Of a stretch of 64,000 nucleotides of DNA, positions 19,030 to 27,344 are shown in pieces. The DNA comes from a virus (lineage: Duplodnaviria; Caudoviricetes). Below the pieces are notes generated by a model. The model did not search any database and was not told the origin of the DNA. It saw nothing but the letters and a program-made list of their open reading frames with translations. The stretch covers positions 742-64,741 of IMG/VR virus record IMGVR_UViG_3300012211_000004; one strand, written 5' to 3'. Positions within the stretch are counted from its first letter, which is position 1; every line of letters starts with the position of its first letter. A program made the translations under genes and the position numbers.

Positions 19030-19434
19030 CTACTTTCCTGCCTCTTCAATCCGCTTGGCAAGATCTTCCATCCCAACTGCAAAATCGATACTCACCTTCT
19101 CCATGCTAGGAGAGAAAAACGGGTGCGGTGCTTGGTGTACTGTACCCATCTCGGGAAATACCGCATAATCCGCTGATACTCCTATGATAGCTTCCTGATT
19201 ATTTTCCGGTTTTACCTCTGGTAGTGACCTCTCAACATCAGATTGATAGTCACTGCTCTCAGGAGTAGAGGCGTACACACTTTTCAGCATGTTCCCTGAG
19301 CGGACTTGCCCATTCGATGCAATTTGGTTTCTCACTTCACCAGCACCATTTCTTGCAACTGAGCTGACTATCTCCGTACATGCAGGCTCAAGAGCATTGG
19401 CTATAGCCGCCCAATTGTTGTATGCGTTACTCAT
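19030..19434 (-). CDS. HK97 gp10-like tail component
   Basis: VRSGNMLKS..YAVFPEMGT..PHPFF motif. Confidence 0.85.
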   Translation of the reverse strand: MSNAYNNWAAIANALEPACTEIVSSVARNGAGEVRNQIASNGQVRSGNMLKSVYASTPESSDYQSDVERSLPEVKPENNQEAIIGVSADYAVFPEMGTVHQAPHPFFSPSMEKVSIDFAVGMEDLAKRIEEAGK

Positions 19435-19805
19435 GTGACAGCTCCTGCGATAACCGTGTCTTCGACGCTAAAAGTATGCGGATCTTGCACAATCTGTACT
19501 ATCATCTTTTGACCGTTAATAGTGAGCAAGTCCCCTTCTGCTGGATTCGTGTTCAGAGGAAAGCCCACATTCCATTTAGAGAATGCTCCAATGCGCTCGT
19601 TATAGTTCTGAAGCAGCACAGGCCTGGGCAAGACTGCTACACGACACTTGACCGTGCGAGTTGTGACCGTGCCTGCAACTTCTGTGCCGTAGGGATCGTC
19701 TACCTTTGCCGTGTGCGTGATCAGGCAGTCATCCTTGTACAGCCCTTCCTCTACGAGATCGCCACTCAGTTCTTGCAGCTCATCGTCATCAATAAATACC
19801 ATCAA
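19431..19805 (-). CDS. Head closure / stopper protein
   Basis: DDPYG..CRV..GDLLTING pattern and synteny. Confidence 0.7.
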   Translation of the reverse strand: MMVFIDDDELQELSGDLVEEGLYKDDCLITHTAKVDDPYGTEVAGTVTTRTVKCRVAVLPRPVLLQNYNERIGAFSKWNVGFPLNTNPAEGDLLTINGQKMIVQIVQDPHTFSVEDTVIAGAVT

Positions 19806-20427
19806 GCCCTCTTGTCAGCAAGTCTCTATTGTTGGTATCATCGCGTCTCATCTTTGCCGTTTTCGGTTTTGCCTGTCGCCGGTAGTATTGAGACATGGTG
19901 AGCTTGGATTGCATAAGTTGCGACCTGGATAACTCATTCCCTCCTACTTTCACATCATATTTGCTCGCTAATCTAGCAGCCCAAAACTCTAGTAAATCGG
20001 CTGCTGCTGCATTGCAATCATATATTTTGCCAGTCGCAAAAACAGGCGGTAGTTGTCCGGGTGACGTGCCATTCACAAAAGGCGTGAGTTGAAATTGAAA
20101 GTGACCTGTGATGTAATCCGATGCAGCAGGAGTAATCACTTTCCAGAAATTACCGGATAGATCACCTTGCAGCGTAACATCGCTTTCCCACCAACCAAAA
20201 TCTGCATAATAGTCTGCAAAGACGAATTGAGCTTGATTATTCGTACTTGCCGTATTTACAATGGATGGTGCCTCTTTTAATCGAAGATACCTTATGTCAT
20301 CACGACTTGCGTCTAGTCTGTCTTGGATTTGTTGTTCCGTGAATTGTGTCACTGTCATCCCCACCGGATCATTAATCATAGTGCGAACAAGGACTATCAG
20401 ATCAGACATACTGCTACGAACAGGCAT
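19789..20427 (-). CDS. Head-tail adaptor
   Basis: VRTMIND..FTEQQI..AAADLLEFWA..SRSQ pattern and synteny. Confidence 0.7.
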   Translation of the reverse strand: MPVRSSMSDLIVLVRTMINDPVGMTVTQFTEQQIQDRLDASRDDIRYLRLKEAPSIVNTASTNNQAQFVFADYYADFGWWESDVTLQGDLSGNFWKVITPAASDYITGHFQFQLTPFVNGTSPGQLPPVFATGKIYDCNAAAADLLEFWAARLASKYDVKVGGNELSRSQLMQSKLTMSQYYRRQAKPKTAKMRRDDTNNRDLLTRGLDGIY

Positions 20428-20436
20428 AGTATCCCC

Positions 20437-20676
20437 CTATTGCGCCTTCTTCGTACCCTGAGCAGGCTTCCCAATCTGCTCAGCAGATTTGTCCTCTTGT
20501 GTCTGCTCGCTACCAGCTTCACCGCTTGGCACTTGCGGTTGCTCCGGTTCTTGTGGTGCTTCCTGTTGTGTAGGATCTGCTATCTCTTGTCCACCTTCAC
20601 TCAGCAGACGCTTGATATGATCCTCATTCACCACTTTTATCTTTTGTCCGTTTGTATGCAATATCCACATAATCAT
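20437..20676 (-). CDS. Small head-associated hypothetical protein
   Basis: ATGA overlap at 20676 with the upstream gene; acidic/Gln-rich tail. Confidence 0.65.
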   Translation of the reverse strand: MIMWILHTNGQKIKVVNEDHIKRLLSEGGQEIADPTQQEAPQEPEQPQVPSGEAGSEQTQEDKSAEQIGKPAQGTKKAQ

Positions 20677-21065
20677 GCGCTCGTTGGTACCATGAATGCC
20701 GTGATAGTTCCGGTAGTTCCTGCGTCCGTGTCTATATTCAGCGACCCGTCGGGCTGTGCAAAACGCGCGATCTCGAATGGCCCTATCCACTTGGTTGTGG
20801 CATTGGTGACAGAGACCACCAGATCTCCAATGCCTGCACGGAATGCCAGTGCCTTATCAGATCCTTTGCCAACTGTCACGTTATGCGGAGCAGCTGCTGT
20901 GTTCGCAACTCGCAGCAGAAGCTTATCCATATGTGGCCCCGATGGAATAGCTGTGGTAGGAATTGCCACATTCATGCCATTGGCCTGATCGATCGCTGTC
21001 CCTGCCGGGTCTGCAAGGCTGCCATTTGCCACAAGGTTCGAGAGAGGTAAATTTGTTCTAGCCAT
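20673..21065 (-). CDS. Putative capsid decoration protein
   Basis: Beta-rich 130 aa directly after the capsid gene; GGAGG RBS. Confidence 0.6.
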   Translation of the reverse strand: MARTNLPLSNLVANGSLADPAGTAIDQANGMNVAIPTTAIPSGPHMDKLLLRVANTAAAPHNVTVGKGSDKALAFRAGIGDLVVSVTNATTKWIGPFEIARFAQPDGSLNIDTDAGTTGTITAFMVPTSA

Positions 21066-21080
21066 GTCTTTCTTTCCTCC

Positions 21081-22007
21081 TTATGGCTTCTGCAGGTAAG
21101 CGACGGCTATAGCATCCGGTCGGATGGTTTTAGCCCCATAGAGCATGAGCCCTTTGACGGCATCTCCAAATCGACGCTCAGGCCGATACGCCACGACTTC
21201 ACGCAAGCCCTCAGCTTTTGTAAGCCCCATGCTGTGACCCGCGAAGAAGACATCCTGCGAACCGGAGGCCCCGACTGTTCCGCCTATATGGGGAGCATTC
21301 AGACTCTCGTAGATGTCCATGTTCTCGATCTTGCCAAGGTATGCATCACTCGCTTGGCCTGCGCTAGCATCAAGCTTTCCAGAAAGGATAGTCAGACGTG
21401 CTTCAGGCGTGTTGAAGCCTGTAAAGCGTGCATCCTGAGTGAGATGTGATTTACCCCAGGGGGGTATCACACACCATCGGCCCTGCTTGGGTATCTTGGC
21501 TTCTGTAAGCTTCTGGGCAAGAGTAACGAGGTTGTCGTAGAGCGTTGTGCCTGCACCAATGTTTGCAGCGGTAGGGACAGCAACAACCGTAGGAGTACCT
21601 GAAGAACCAATGAGATTAGCAGATGGAGCATCGGTATAGAAACCCGCATAGTACTGATCTTGAGTATCTGCCATCTGGTAGCCAGCATCGGACATAGCCT
21701 GCATCATGACCTTTGGCTTGCTCTGTGCCTTGTCCACGTCATCAATAAGGAAGTTGTAAGACTTCGCTTGTGAGATGGTAAGTACCGTTTGTGCATCAGT
21801 TAGGGCTTGAGGAGATGTTATGTCGGTATCTTTGACATAATTCGAGATCGTTACTTGGCTTATGGAGCTAATTCTAACTGTATCGCCGTATGCTTCAATT
21901 TCACCTGAGTAGTCGGAATTGAATAAAGCGCCGAATACTTGGTTTTTGCGCAGGGCGACGATCATAGAATCAGCCCATATCTCGGCTATAAATGAGTTGA
22001 GGCTAAT
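21081..22007 (-). CDS. Major capsid protein (HK97 fold); probable ATT start at 22007 (alternative ATG at 22025)
   Basis: SLNSFIAEIW..GDTVRI..IDDVDKAQ..DAVKGLMLYGAKTIRP motifs; GGGAGGTG RBS is placed for ATT. Confidence 0.9.
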   Translation of the reverse strand: MSLNSFIAEIWADSMIVALRKNQVFGALFNSDYSGEIEAYGDTVRISSISQVTISNYVKDTDITSPQALTDAQTVLTISQAKSYNFLIDDVDKAQSKPKVMMQAMSDAGYQMADTQDQYYAGFYTDAPSANLIGSSGTPTVVAVPTAANIGAGTTLYDNLVTLAQKLTEAKIPKQGRWCVIPPWGKSHLTQDARFTGFNTPEARLTILSGKLDASAGQASDAYLGKIENMDIYESLNAPHIGGTVGASGSQDVFFAGHSMGLTKAEGLREVVAYRPERRFGDAVKGLMLYGAKTIRPDAIAVAYLQKP

Positions 22008-22082
22008 ATCACACCTCCCTATCATCCCCTGTCTAATGTCTCTCGAAAGGCACTAAACACGAGATATAAAGACTATAGAGTG

Positions 22083-22799
22083 TTATCTAGGTCCGGGGTT
22101 ACTTGCCATCCATTGCTGTATTTCAGCACGTCGTGCTCTATATTGAGCGGGATCTTTCATCGACATCTCTGAGATAATCTCCCAGGAAAGCGGCTGTGAA
22201 GCGGTCTGTGACCTGCTCGGGTTAGTAGCGCCTCCGCTCGTTTGAGCTTGCTGTTTACTTACCAGCCAAGTGCGCTCCTTCACCAATGTCTTGAGCAAAG
22301 CTTCAATGTTGGAAGGGTTACCGCTATCGTCATACTCGATCTGAGAGTCATCTAGAAGCCTATCGGCGGCGTCCAAGTCAATGATATTAAGCCTTTGGCC
22401 GTGCTTGAATACTTCGTTCGTGACTCTTAGTTTCTGAGTCTGACGTGTAGCAGCCTCTCTTTCCTTCTGAAGCTCTGCTAGTTGCTTTTCCAAGGCCTGA
22501 CGTTCAAGTTGACGCTTCTCATCGTCTGACATCTTCTCAGCGTCAACTTTTGCCTTGAATGCTTCTAGCTCTTTGAGCTTGGCAGACAGATCATTAGATT
22601 GAAGTCGATGATCCTTGCCGTCCTTATTGGCCTTGCTAAGAGCAGCCTCCATGCGCTGCACTTGTGCTTTTAGATCGTCAATGGATGGTTCGGTGCTTCC
22701 TGACGTCGCGTCATTCTGCTGAGTGACCGTCTCGGTCGTGGGGTCCGCTTCGTTTCGCGTCTCGCTAGTCGAAGTGGATGTTGTGGTTTCGTCTCCCAT
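22083..22799 (-). CDS. Capsid scaffolding protein
   Basis: Acidic N-terminus, coiled coil, SGGATNP C-terminal motif, directly upstream of the capsid gene. Confidence 0.85.
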   Translation of the reverse strand: MGDETTTSTSTSETRNEADPTTETVTQQNDATSGSTEPSIDDLKAQVQRMEAALSKANKDGKDHRLQSNDLSAKLKELEAFKAKVDAEKMSDDEKRQLERQALEKQLAELQKEREAATRQTQKLRVTNEVFKHGQRLNIIDLDAADRLLDDSQIEYDDSGNPSNIEALLKTLVKERTWLVSKQQAQTSGGATNPSRSQTASQPLSWEIISEMSMKDPAQYRARRAEIQQWMASNPGPR

Positions 22800-22856
22800 G
22801 GTACACGATACCTTTCTATATTGTCAAGATACTTCTAGTACATCCAAGGTATTCGA

Positions 22857-23441
22857 TTAGCTGTGAGCTATTCCAGAAATTGTCTTTTCTGTCATGTTCC
22901 TGTCTCTTTGGCGATTGGATTGAATATAGCTCAAGATCTCCTGAGCATAGTTTTGCCAAAGTAACCCTATACAGATCTCATCAGCAAAATTTAGAGCATC
23001 AATGTGCTGTATCGTGACACTTTTGCTCTTATCCCAAGCAAGATGGGCAATATATTCAGTTGGAGTTACCTCACATTCAATGGGGATAAGGTCGGAAAGC
23101 TTCGTTTGCTCTATCCGTTTCTCAGTAGGGCAAAATGCTTCAGCAAGTATCGGATTTTTACGCTTCCAAGCTTCAAACATTCCTCCCAGCAGGGTATCTC
23201 TAAAATCCTTGATGATCGGCAAGATATGAGCCACTTCATCACGATCTGACTGCTTTTCCTGTTCGGATAACTCAGCATAGGGCGTGTCTATCTGTATTTG
23301 CAGTGCTGCTACGTAACCAGCAGGAATAGTGAGCGACCCGTCTGGATTGTGCTCACACTTTGAGAACAGATAGGCCATATACGAAGACCAGCCAGCGTGC
23401 TCTTTGCCTGCTAGTGCCTCTATCAGTTCTTCTTCTGTCAT
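22857..23441 (-). CDS. Hypothetical phage protein
   Basis: EALAGKEHAGW..TPYAELSEQEKQSDR motif (RyR-like phage domain). Confidence 0.7.
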   Translation of the reverse strand: MTEEELIEALAGKEHAGWSSYMAYLFSKCEHNPDGSLTIPAGYVAALQIQIDTPYAELSEQEKQSDRDEVAHILPIIKDFRDTLLGGMFEAWKRKNPILAEAFCPTEKRIEQTKLSDLIPIECEVTPTEYIAHLAWDKSKSVTIQHIDALNFADEICIGLLWQNYAQEILSYIQSNRQRDRNMTEKTISGIAHS

Positions 23442-23498
23442 CTAATACCAGCCTTTCCCTTTCATCGGCTTCCCTTTGCCCTTCTTAGTCTTTTTCAT
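23442..23498 (-). CDS. 18-aa Lys/Gly-rich micropeptide MKKTKKGKGKPMKGKGWY
   Basis: TAAGGAG RBS; the TAG stop abuts the next ATG. Confidence 0.55.
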   Translation of the reverse strand: MKKTKKGKGKPMKGKGWY

Positions 23499-23832
23499 GT
23501 CTCTCCTTATTGCGTATAACAGGCACACCGTCACGAAAGTCCATGGAAGCACCTTCACCTGCATACTGTTCTAACAATGCCTTCCCTTCCGTGCTTTCCC
23601 AATAATCTCTCCATATGGGGCTATCAGAAGTCTCATATGCCTCGTAGATAGATGCTAGAATCTTGACGAGTTGAGGCCCAGAAGCGCCGCTATGGCCTTG
23701 CTTAGCGATCAAATCAACAACTTGCATAGCGCATGTGCCAAGCCATCCATCGTAGTCGCTGTCCTTATCGAATAATCCCTCACGTTCGAGCCATTTCTTT
23801 GCAAATATACGAGAATTCATGTTATCACTCAT
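23485..23832 (-). CDS. Hypothetical phage protein
   Basis: DSDYDG..QGHSGASG motif; ATGA coupling. Confidence 0.75.
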   Translation of the reverse strand: MSDNMNSRIFAKKWLEREGLFDKDSDYDGWLGTCAMQVVDLIAKQGHSGASGPQLVKILASIYEAYETSDSPIWRDYWESTEGKALLEQYAGEGASMDFRDGVPVIRNKERHEKD

Positions 23833-24092
23833 GATGACCTTTCCATATCCTCTCTCAACTGGTCACTGTGAATGCCAGCAGATTTAGCCGCAGCTTCGTT
23901 CAGTGCCGCTGCAAGCTCATAGTTTTGCTGAGCAAGATCCAGGGAGAACGCATATCCCTCCAAAGACGCTTGCTCTGGTGTGATTCCGCTACGGCAAAGA
24001 GCCAACATAAACTCGCTGACCCTGTTACAAAGCAGACGGAAATCAAGCCCGTATTTGTTGAACTGCCTGACAAGTTCGTTATAAGTCTCCAT
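23829..24092 (-). CDS. Hypothetical protein
   Basis: ATG 24092 overlaps the TAA of the exonuclease remnant (TAATG). Confidence 0.65.
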   Translation of the reverse strand: METYNELVRQFNKYGLDFRLLCNRVSEFMLALCRSGITPEQASLEGYAFSLDLAQQNYELAAALNEAAAKSAGIHSDQLREDMERSS

Positions 24093-24322
24093 TACCTTAC
24101 TCCCCATCCTAGAGCATCTTTCAAGACATACTCGCATAACTTCTTGATATGCCTTGCATCATCTAGTGCGTTATGCGCATACCCATATTGCTTAGGAAGA
24201 TCATCATCTGATATACCACGAACGTCTAGCACGTGCTGAAGATCTCGAATGTAGTGGGGATACCCCTTGGGCAAGTCCATCATAGTGCCAAAGAGTTGAC
24301 ACAAAGCAACGAAGTCGTAAGC
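24092..24322 (-). pseudogene. Stranded 3' half of a DEDDh exonuclease gene (AYDFVALCQLFG..HNALDDARH)
   Basis: Clear paralogue of the C-terminal half of 25180..25650; homology starts exactly at the LAGLIDADG stop codon. Confidence 0.85.
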
Positions 24323-25122
24323 TAAAAGCAGCTTCGCAAAACATTCCATTTTCTCTCCAATCTAGGCAGATCTGGCTGCATCAGCTTCTTCCCCATATTA
24401 ATAGCTCGGGTAGCCCCGATACGATAAGCATAGAGATTATGTTGTGGCACAAAACAGACTTCAGACCGCTTATAATTTGTGATGGGAGACCACTTATCAA
24501 AATAGGTTTGTACCCACTTTAATATAGCTTGTGTCCCATAAATCGCAATTCGTGGATAATGACGAATTGCGTCCTTGATTGTTATAGAGCCGTCACCATC
24601 AATTAAACCTACAATGAATGCACATATCATGTCTTCATCAGTAAGAAATGGAGGCTCTAATGTAAAACTCTTTTTAGGAGTAACATTAAAATTCCTCACT
24701 AAATCATCCGCCATCTCTGGACATGCTATTTCTAGGGAAGCATCCTTTTCATACCGATACACCTTACCTGTGTACTCTAGTGCTTCACGGAACTTTTCCA
24801 AATGAGACGCATCCTTTATATGGAGTTTGACACTGATCCTTTTCCGATGAGGCCGTATATTTCCATCCGCAGCCAAAAAACCAGCCCAATAAGAATTGAG
24901 CATGTTAGGAACAGCAAAAAACTCCTTGTTAGCGCAATACTTACGACCTAAATTTGAAGTACTAGTTATATCAAGCGTATTAGCGTGATTTCTTACTGCC
25001 ATCCAAGTCCTCCCCGGAAGTAAGTCTGCCATTTGCTGATAAGTAAGCACTCCATAATTCGCAATCAATATCTGTTCCTCTGCTTGTGTCCACCGGATAG
25101 GAGTATCATATGAATGGGGCAT
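24322..25122 (-). CDS. Free-standing two-motif LAGLIDADG homing endonuclease
   Basis: YWAGFLAADGNI and FIVGLIDGDGSI motifs; N-terminal Myb-like WTQAEEQIL. Confidence 0.92.
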   Translation of the reverse strand: MPHSYDTPIRWTQAEEQILIANYGVLTYQQMADLLPGRTWMAVRNHANTLDITSTSNLGRKYCANKEFFAVPNMLNSYWAGFLAADGNIRPHRKRISVKLHIKDASHLEKFREALEYTGKVYRYEKDASLEIACPEMADDLVRNFNVTPKKSFTLEPPFLTDEDMICAFIVGLIDGDGSITIKDAIRHYPRIAIYGTQAILKWVQTYFDKWSPITNYKRSEVCFVPQHNLYAYRIGATRAINMGKKLMQPDLPRLERKWNVLRSCF

Positions 25123-25154
25123 AATAAGTCATCCTTTCTCAAATTGATGACTTT

Positions 25155-25183
25155 ATTATATAGCCCCAAATTTATAATGTCAA
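25155..25183 (-). promoter_or_regulatory. Consensus sigma70 promoter of the LAGLIDADG gene
   Basis: TTGACA-17-TATAAT; the -35 box overlaps the exonuclease TGA stop. Confidence 0.8.
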
Positions 25184-25650
25184 CCATGAAAGCGCTCCCA
25201 TGTTTGTTTTACCCAACGAGCATCTTCAAGCGCATTGTGAATTGAGTCATCAGGCTGACGAATATCATGCAATCCTTTCATGTCAAGCATCTGGCGTAAG
25301 TCGTAAGTGAGCATTGGATAGCCTTCAGGCAAATCAGCCATCTCTCCAAAGATTTGGCAAAAGACAACGTGGTCATAAGCACTGTAGTATCCCCACAACT
25401 CAGGATTACCATACTCTTCTATATCAAAGAAATCAAGCAATGTAACTTTAATACTTCTCAAAGACCATCGGCATTCGCCGCCCTTCAAATGCGATAAGAC
25501 ATTTTCTCTTACCCATTGATTTGCTTTCCCCTTATCAAAATCAGCAGACTCTAGATATAACTCTCTTCCATCCTCACACACTATTCCTATACTTATAAGA
25601 TCAATTGTCTTACCATCTTCAATAAATTCTGTGTCGTAGAAATATTTCAC
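25180..25650 (-). CDS. 3'-5' exoribonuclease, DEDDh (Rv2179c/DUF5051-like), intact copy
   Basis: FYDTEF..ISIG..AYD..HNALEDARW catalytic motifs. Confidence 0.88.
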   Translation of the reverse strand: MKYFYDTEFIEDGKTIDLISIGIVCEDGRELYLESADFDKGKANQWVRENVLSHLKGGECRWSLRSIKVTLLDFFDIEEYGNPELWGYYSAYDHVVFCQIFGEMADLPEGYPMLTYDLRQMLDMKGLHDIRQPDDSIHNALEDARWVKQTWERFHG

Positions 25651-25703
25651 CGCTTGCTCCTAACCTCTTGCACAACATGACACCATTATGGTATAATATG
25701 TAC

Positions 25704-26237
25704 ATGATATGTTCTATGGAAAATTGCACAAAACAGACCTACGCACGCAACGTCTGTATGGCTCACTATCGTTGGCTTAGACGAAGGGGGATGCTTCCTC
25801 CTCAAGAGGAAGCGACTCAACCTTTTCAAAAATGCACCGTTGATGGGTGCGAAAAGCCCCAGGACGTAAAAGGGTATTGCGTTGCGCACTACAAAAAAGT
25901 TCTTAGGTATGGGGACCCTCTTGCAGGCCCAGGCAAAGGGTCCCCAGGAAAACCAAAACCTTATATGGAAACAGATCGCAGGCGCATGATCAATAATCAC
26001 GGATACGCCTTGATCAGGGTCGCACCAAGCAAGTGGGTGATGGAACATCGTTATGTTATGGAACAGCGTCTTGGGCGTCCTCTGGAAAAGGATGAACGGA
26101 TACATCATAAAGATGGCAATCGACTGAATAATACCCCAGAGAATTTGGAGCTTTGGTTGCATAGCCACCCTAGCGGACAGCGCATGGAGGACATTGTTGC
26201 TTGGGCAAAAGAAATCTTGCAACGTTACGGAGAATAG
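25704..26237 (+). CDS. Free-standing HNH homing endonuclease, probably leaderless
   Basis: Two CxxxxC..CxxHY zinc modules, EHRYVME..IHHKDGNRLNNTPENLEL; ATG 6 nt after TG-TATAAT (25692-25697). Confidence 0.9.
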   Translation: MICSMENCTKQTYARNVCMAHYRWLRRRGMLPPQEEATQPFQKCTVDGCEKPQDVKGYCVAHYKKVLRYGDPLAGPGKGSPGKPKPYMETDRRRMINNHGYALIRVAPSKWVMEHRYVMEQRLGRPLEKDERIHHKDGNRLNNTPENLELWLHSHPSGQRMEDIVAWAKEILQRYGE

Positions 26238-26244
26238 TTTTATT

Positions 26245-26269
26245 AGGGGTTGTCCTTGAGATAGCCCCT
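26245..26269 (+). terminator. Hairpin closing the HNH cassette
   Basis: AGGGGTTGTC/GATAGCCCCT stem with 2 G.U pairs. Confidence 0.5.
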
Positions 26270-26271
26270 TA

Positions 26272-26297
26272 TCCGTGTCGTAGAAAAAACGTGTCAT
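26272..26297 (-). pseudogene. Stranded 5' end of the exonuclease gene (MTRFFYDT)
   Basis: AAAAGGAG RBS plus ATG; 12-bp exact repeat GTGTCGTAGAAA shared with 25631-25642. Confidence 0.8.
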
Positions 26298-26314
26298 ATA
26301 TCTCCTTTTGCATT

Positions 26315-26614
26315 TTATGCATTCAACCACTCAATATACTGCTGAGCATACGTCTGTAGGACACTTCGCACATGGTCATAGTCCAAGTACAGACCCTCGT
26401 CATCGTCGCCTTCTAGGACAAATACACGATCATTAGAGGCAAACCCAAGCTGAACGCTGACTAATTCCTCAGTACTCAACTCTTTGGGGCCTGCTACGAA
26501 TTGCCACGCCTCATGCCTGCCACGGAAGTAGAATGCTGAGTGACCGTCTATTGTGCCAGTAGCTTGCACTGGACAGCTTCCATCAAGCCTGTCAATATGA
26601 ATGTTCGGTGCCAT
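26315..26614 (-). CDS. Hypothetical phage protein
   Basis: GSCPVQATGTIDG..FYFRGRH..W motif. Confidence 0.75.
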   Translation of the reverse strand: MAPNIHIDRLDGSCPVQATGTIDGHSAFYFRGRHEAWQFVAGPKELSTEELVSVQLGFASNDRVFVLEGDDDEGLYLDYDHVRSVLQTYAQQYIEWLNA

Positions 26615-26969
26615 CCTCCGCCTCTTCTAAAAACCTGTACATCATGCTCGTATCAGGCTTCCCAAACTCGAACGGCTCACCAATAGGCCAATCTATCGCA
26701 CTTCTCAGCGATGCTTCCCGTTCTTGCTCTCGTTCCTCCGCTCGTTGCTCCATGGCTGGTAGCAGGTTGGCTTCCTCCATCCTCTTCTCTGCTTCCTCCA
26801 TGACACCATCAGTCAGCGACTTGCCAGTCTTGTGCCTTTCTATCAGCACATCCGCTATAGCCTGTTTATACTCATACCCACCACGATGGGTAAATGTGAT
26901 ATTCACATCTGTAGCAGGATGTCTCAGGTAGTGAAGCCAGTCGAGAAAGCGTTTTAGAAGTCTTTTCAT
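26592..26969 (-). CDS. Hypothetical protein
   Basis: AAGGAG RBS, ATGA coupling. Confidence 0.65.
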   Translation of the reverse strand: MKRLLKRFLDWLHYLRHPATDVNITFTHRGGYEYKQAIADVLIERHKTGKSLTDGVMEEAEKRMEEANLLPAMEQRAEEREQEREASLRSAIDWPIGEPFEFGKPDTSMMYRFLEEAEDGTEHSY

Positions 26970-27340
26970 TGCCCTTGCTCCTTAACACTGCCTGCATAAT
27001 GCAAAATACCCTCAAACGCATCTCCGTTACTCAAAGTAACTTTTATTCTCCTAGGCTGCCTATTGGGATCATCGGGGAAAGCCACCGTTTCAGTCTCGGC
27101 ATTGTACTCACCCATGATTGGTATGCCCTGTAACATCGCTAATCGCTCCAACTCTTCCCGCTCCTGTTCTAGCCACTTAAGTAAATTCAAGGCTTCAGAC
27201 GGCTCTAGGTGGATAGCAGCACACATTCTACTACCGAAGCCAACAACCTTATGCGATTCTCTCTCACTGCCTCTATGGAGCTGAAAATAGTAGACGGCAT
27301 AGCCTTTGCTGAATTTGAGATATCCTTCAGGATCGCTCAC
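26966..27340 (-). CDS. Hypothetical protein
   Basis: Follows the portal; shares an ALNLLKWLEQ-like motif with 44137..44418 (SLNLLKWLQE). Confidence 0.65.
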   Translation of the reverse strand: MSDPEGYLKFSKGYAVYYFQLHRGSERESHKVVGFGSRMCAAIHLEPSEALNLLKWLEQEREELERLAMLQGIPIMGEYNAETETVAFPDDPNRQPRRIKVTLSNGDAFEGILHYAGSVKEQGQ

Positions 27341-27344
27341 GGAT

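Noticed and set aside
24092-26297. Intron or intein explanation for the split exonuclease
   Set aside because: No group I/II core or intein C..HN termini were seen; joining the two remnants would lack the middle of the enzyme, and an intact copy is present
25686-26330. 214-aa minus-strand ORF
   Set aside because: Antisense to the HNH; only MTRFFYDT is a real remnant, although read-through translation from that RBS cannot be excluded
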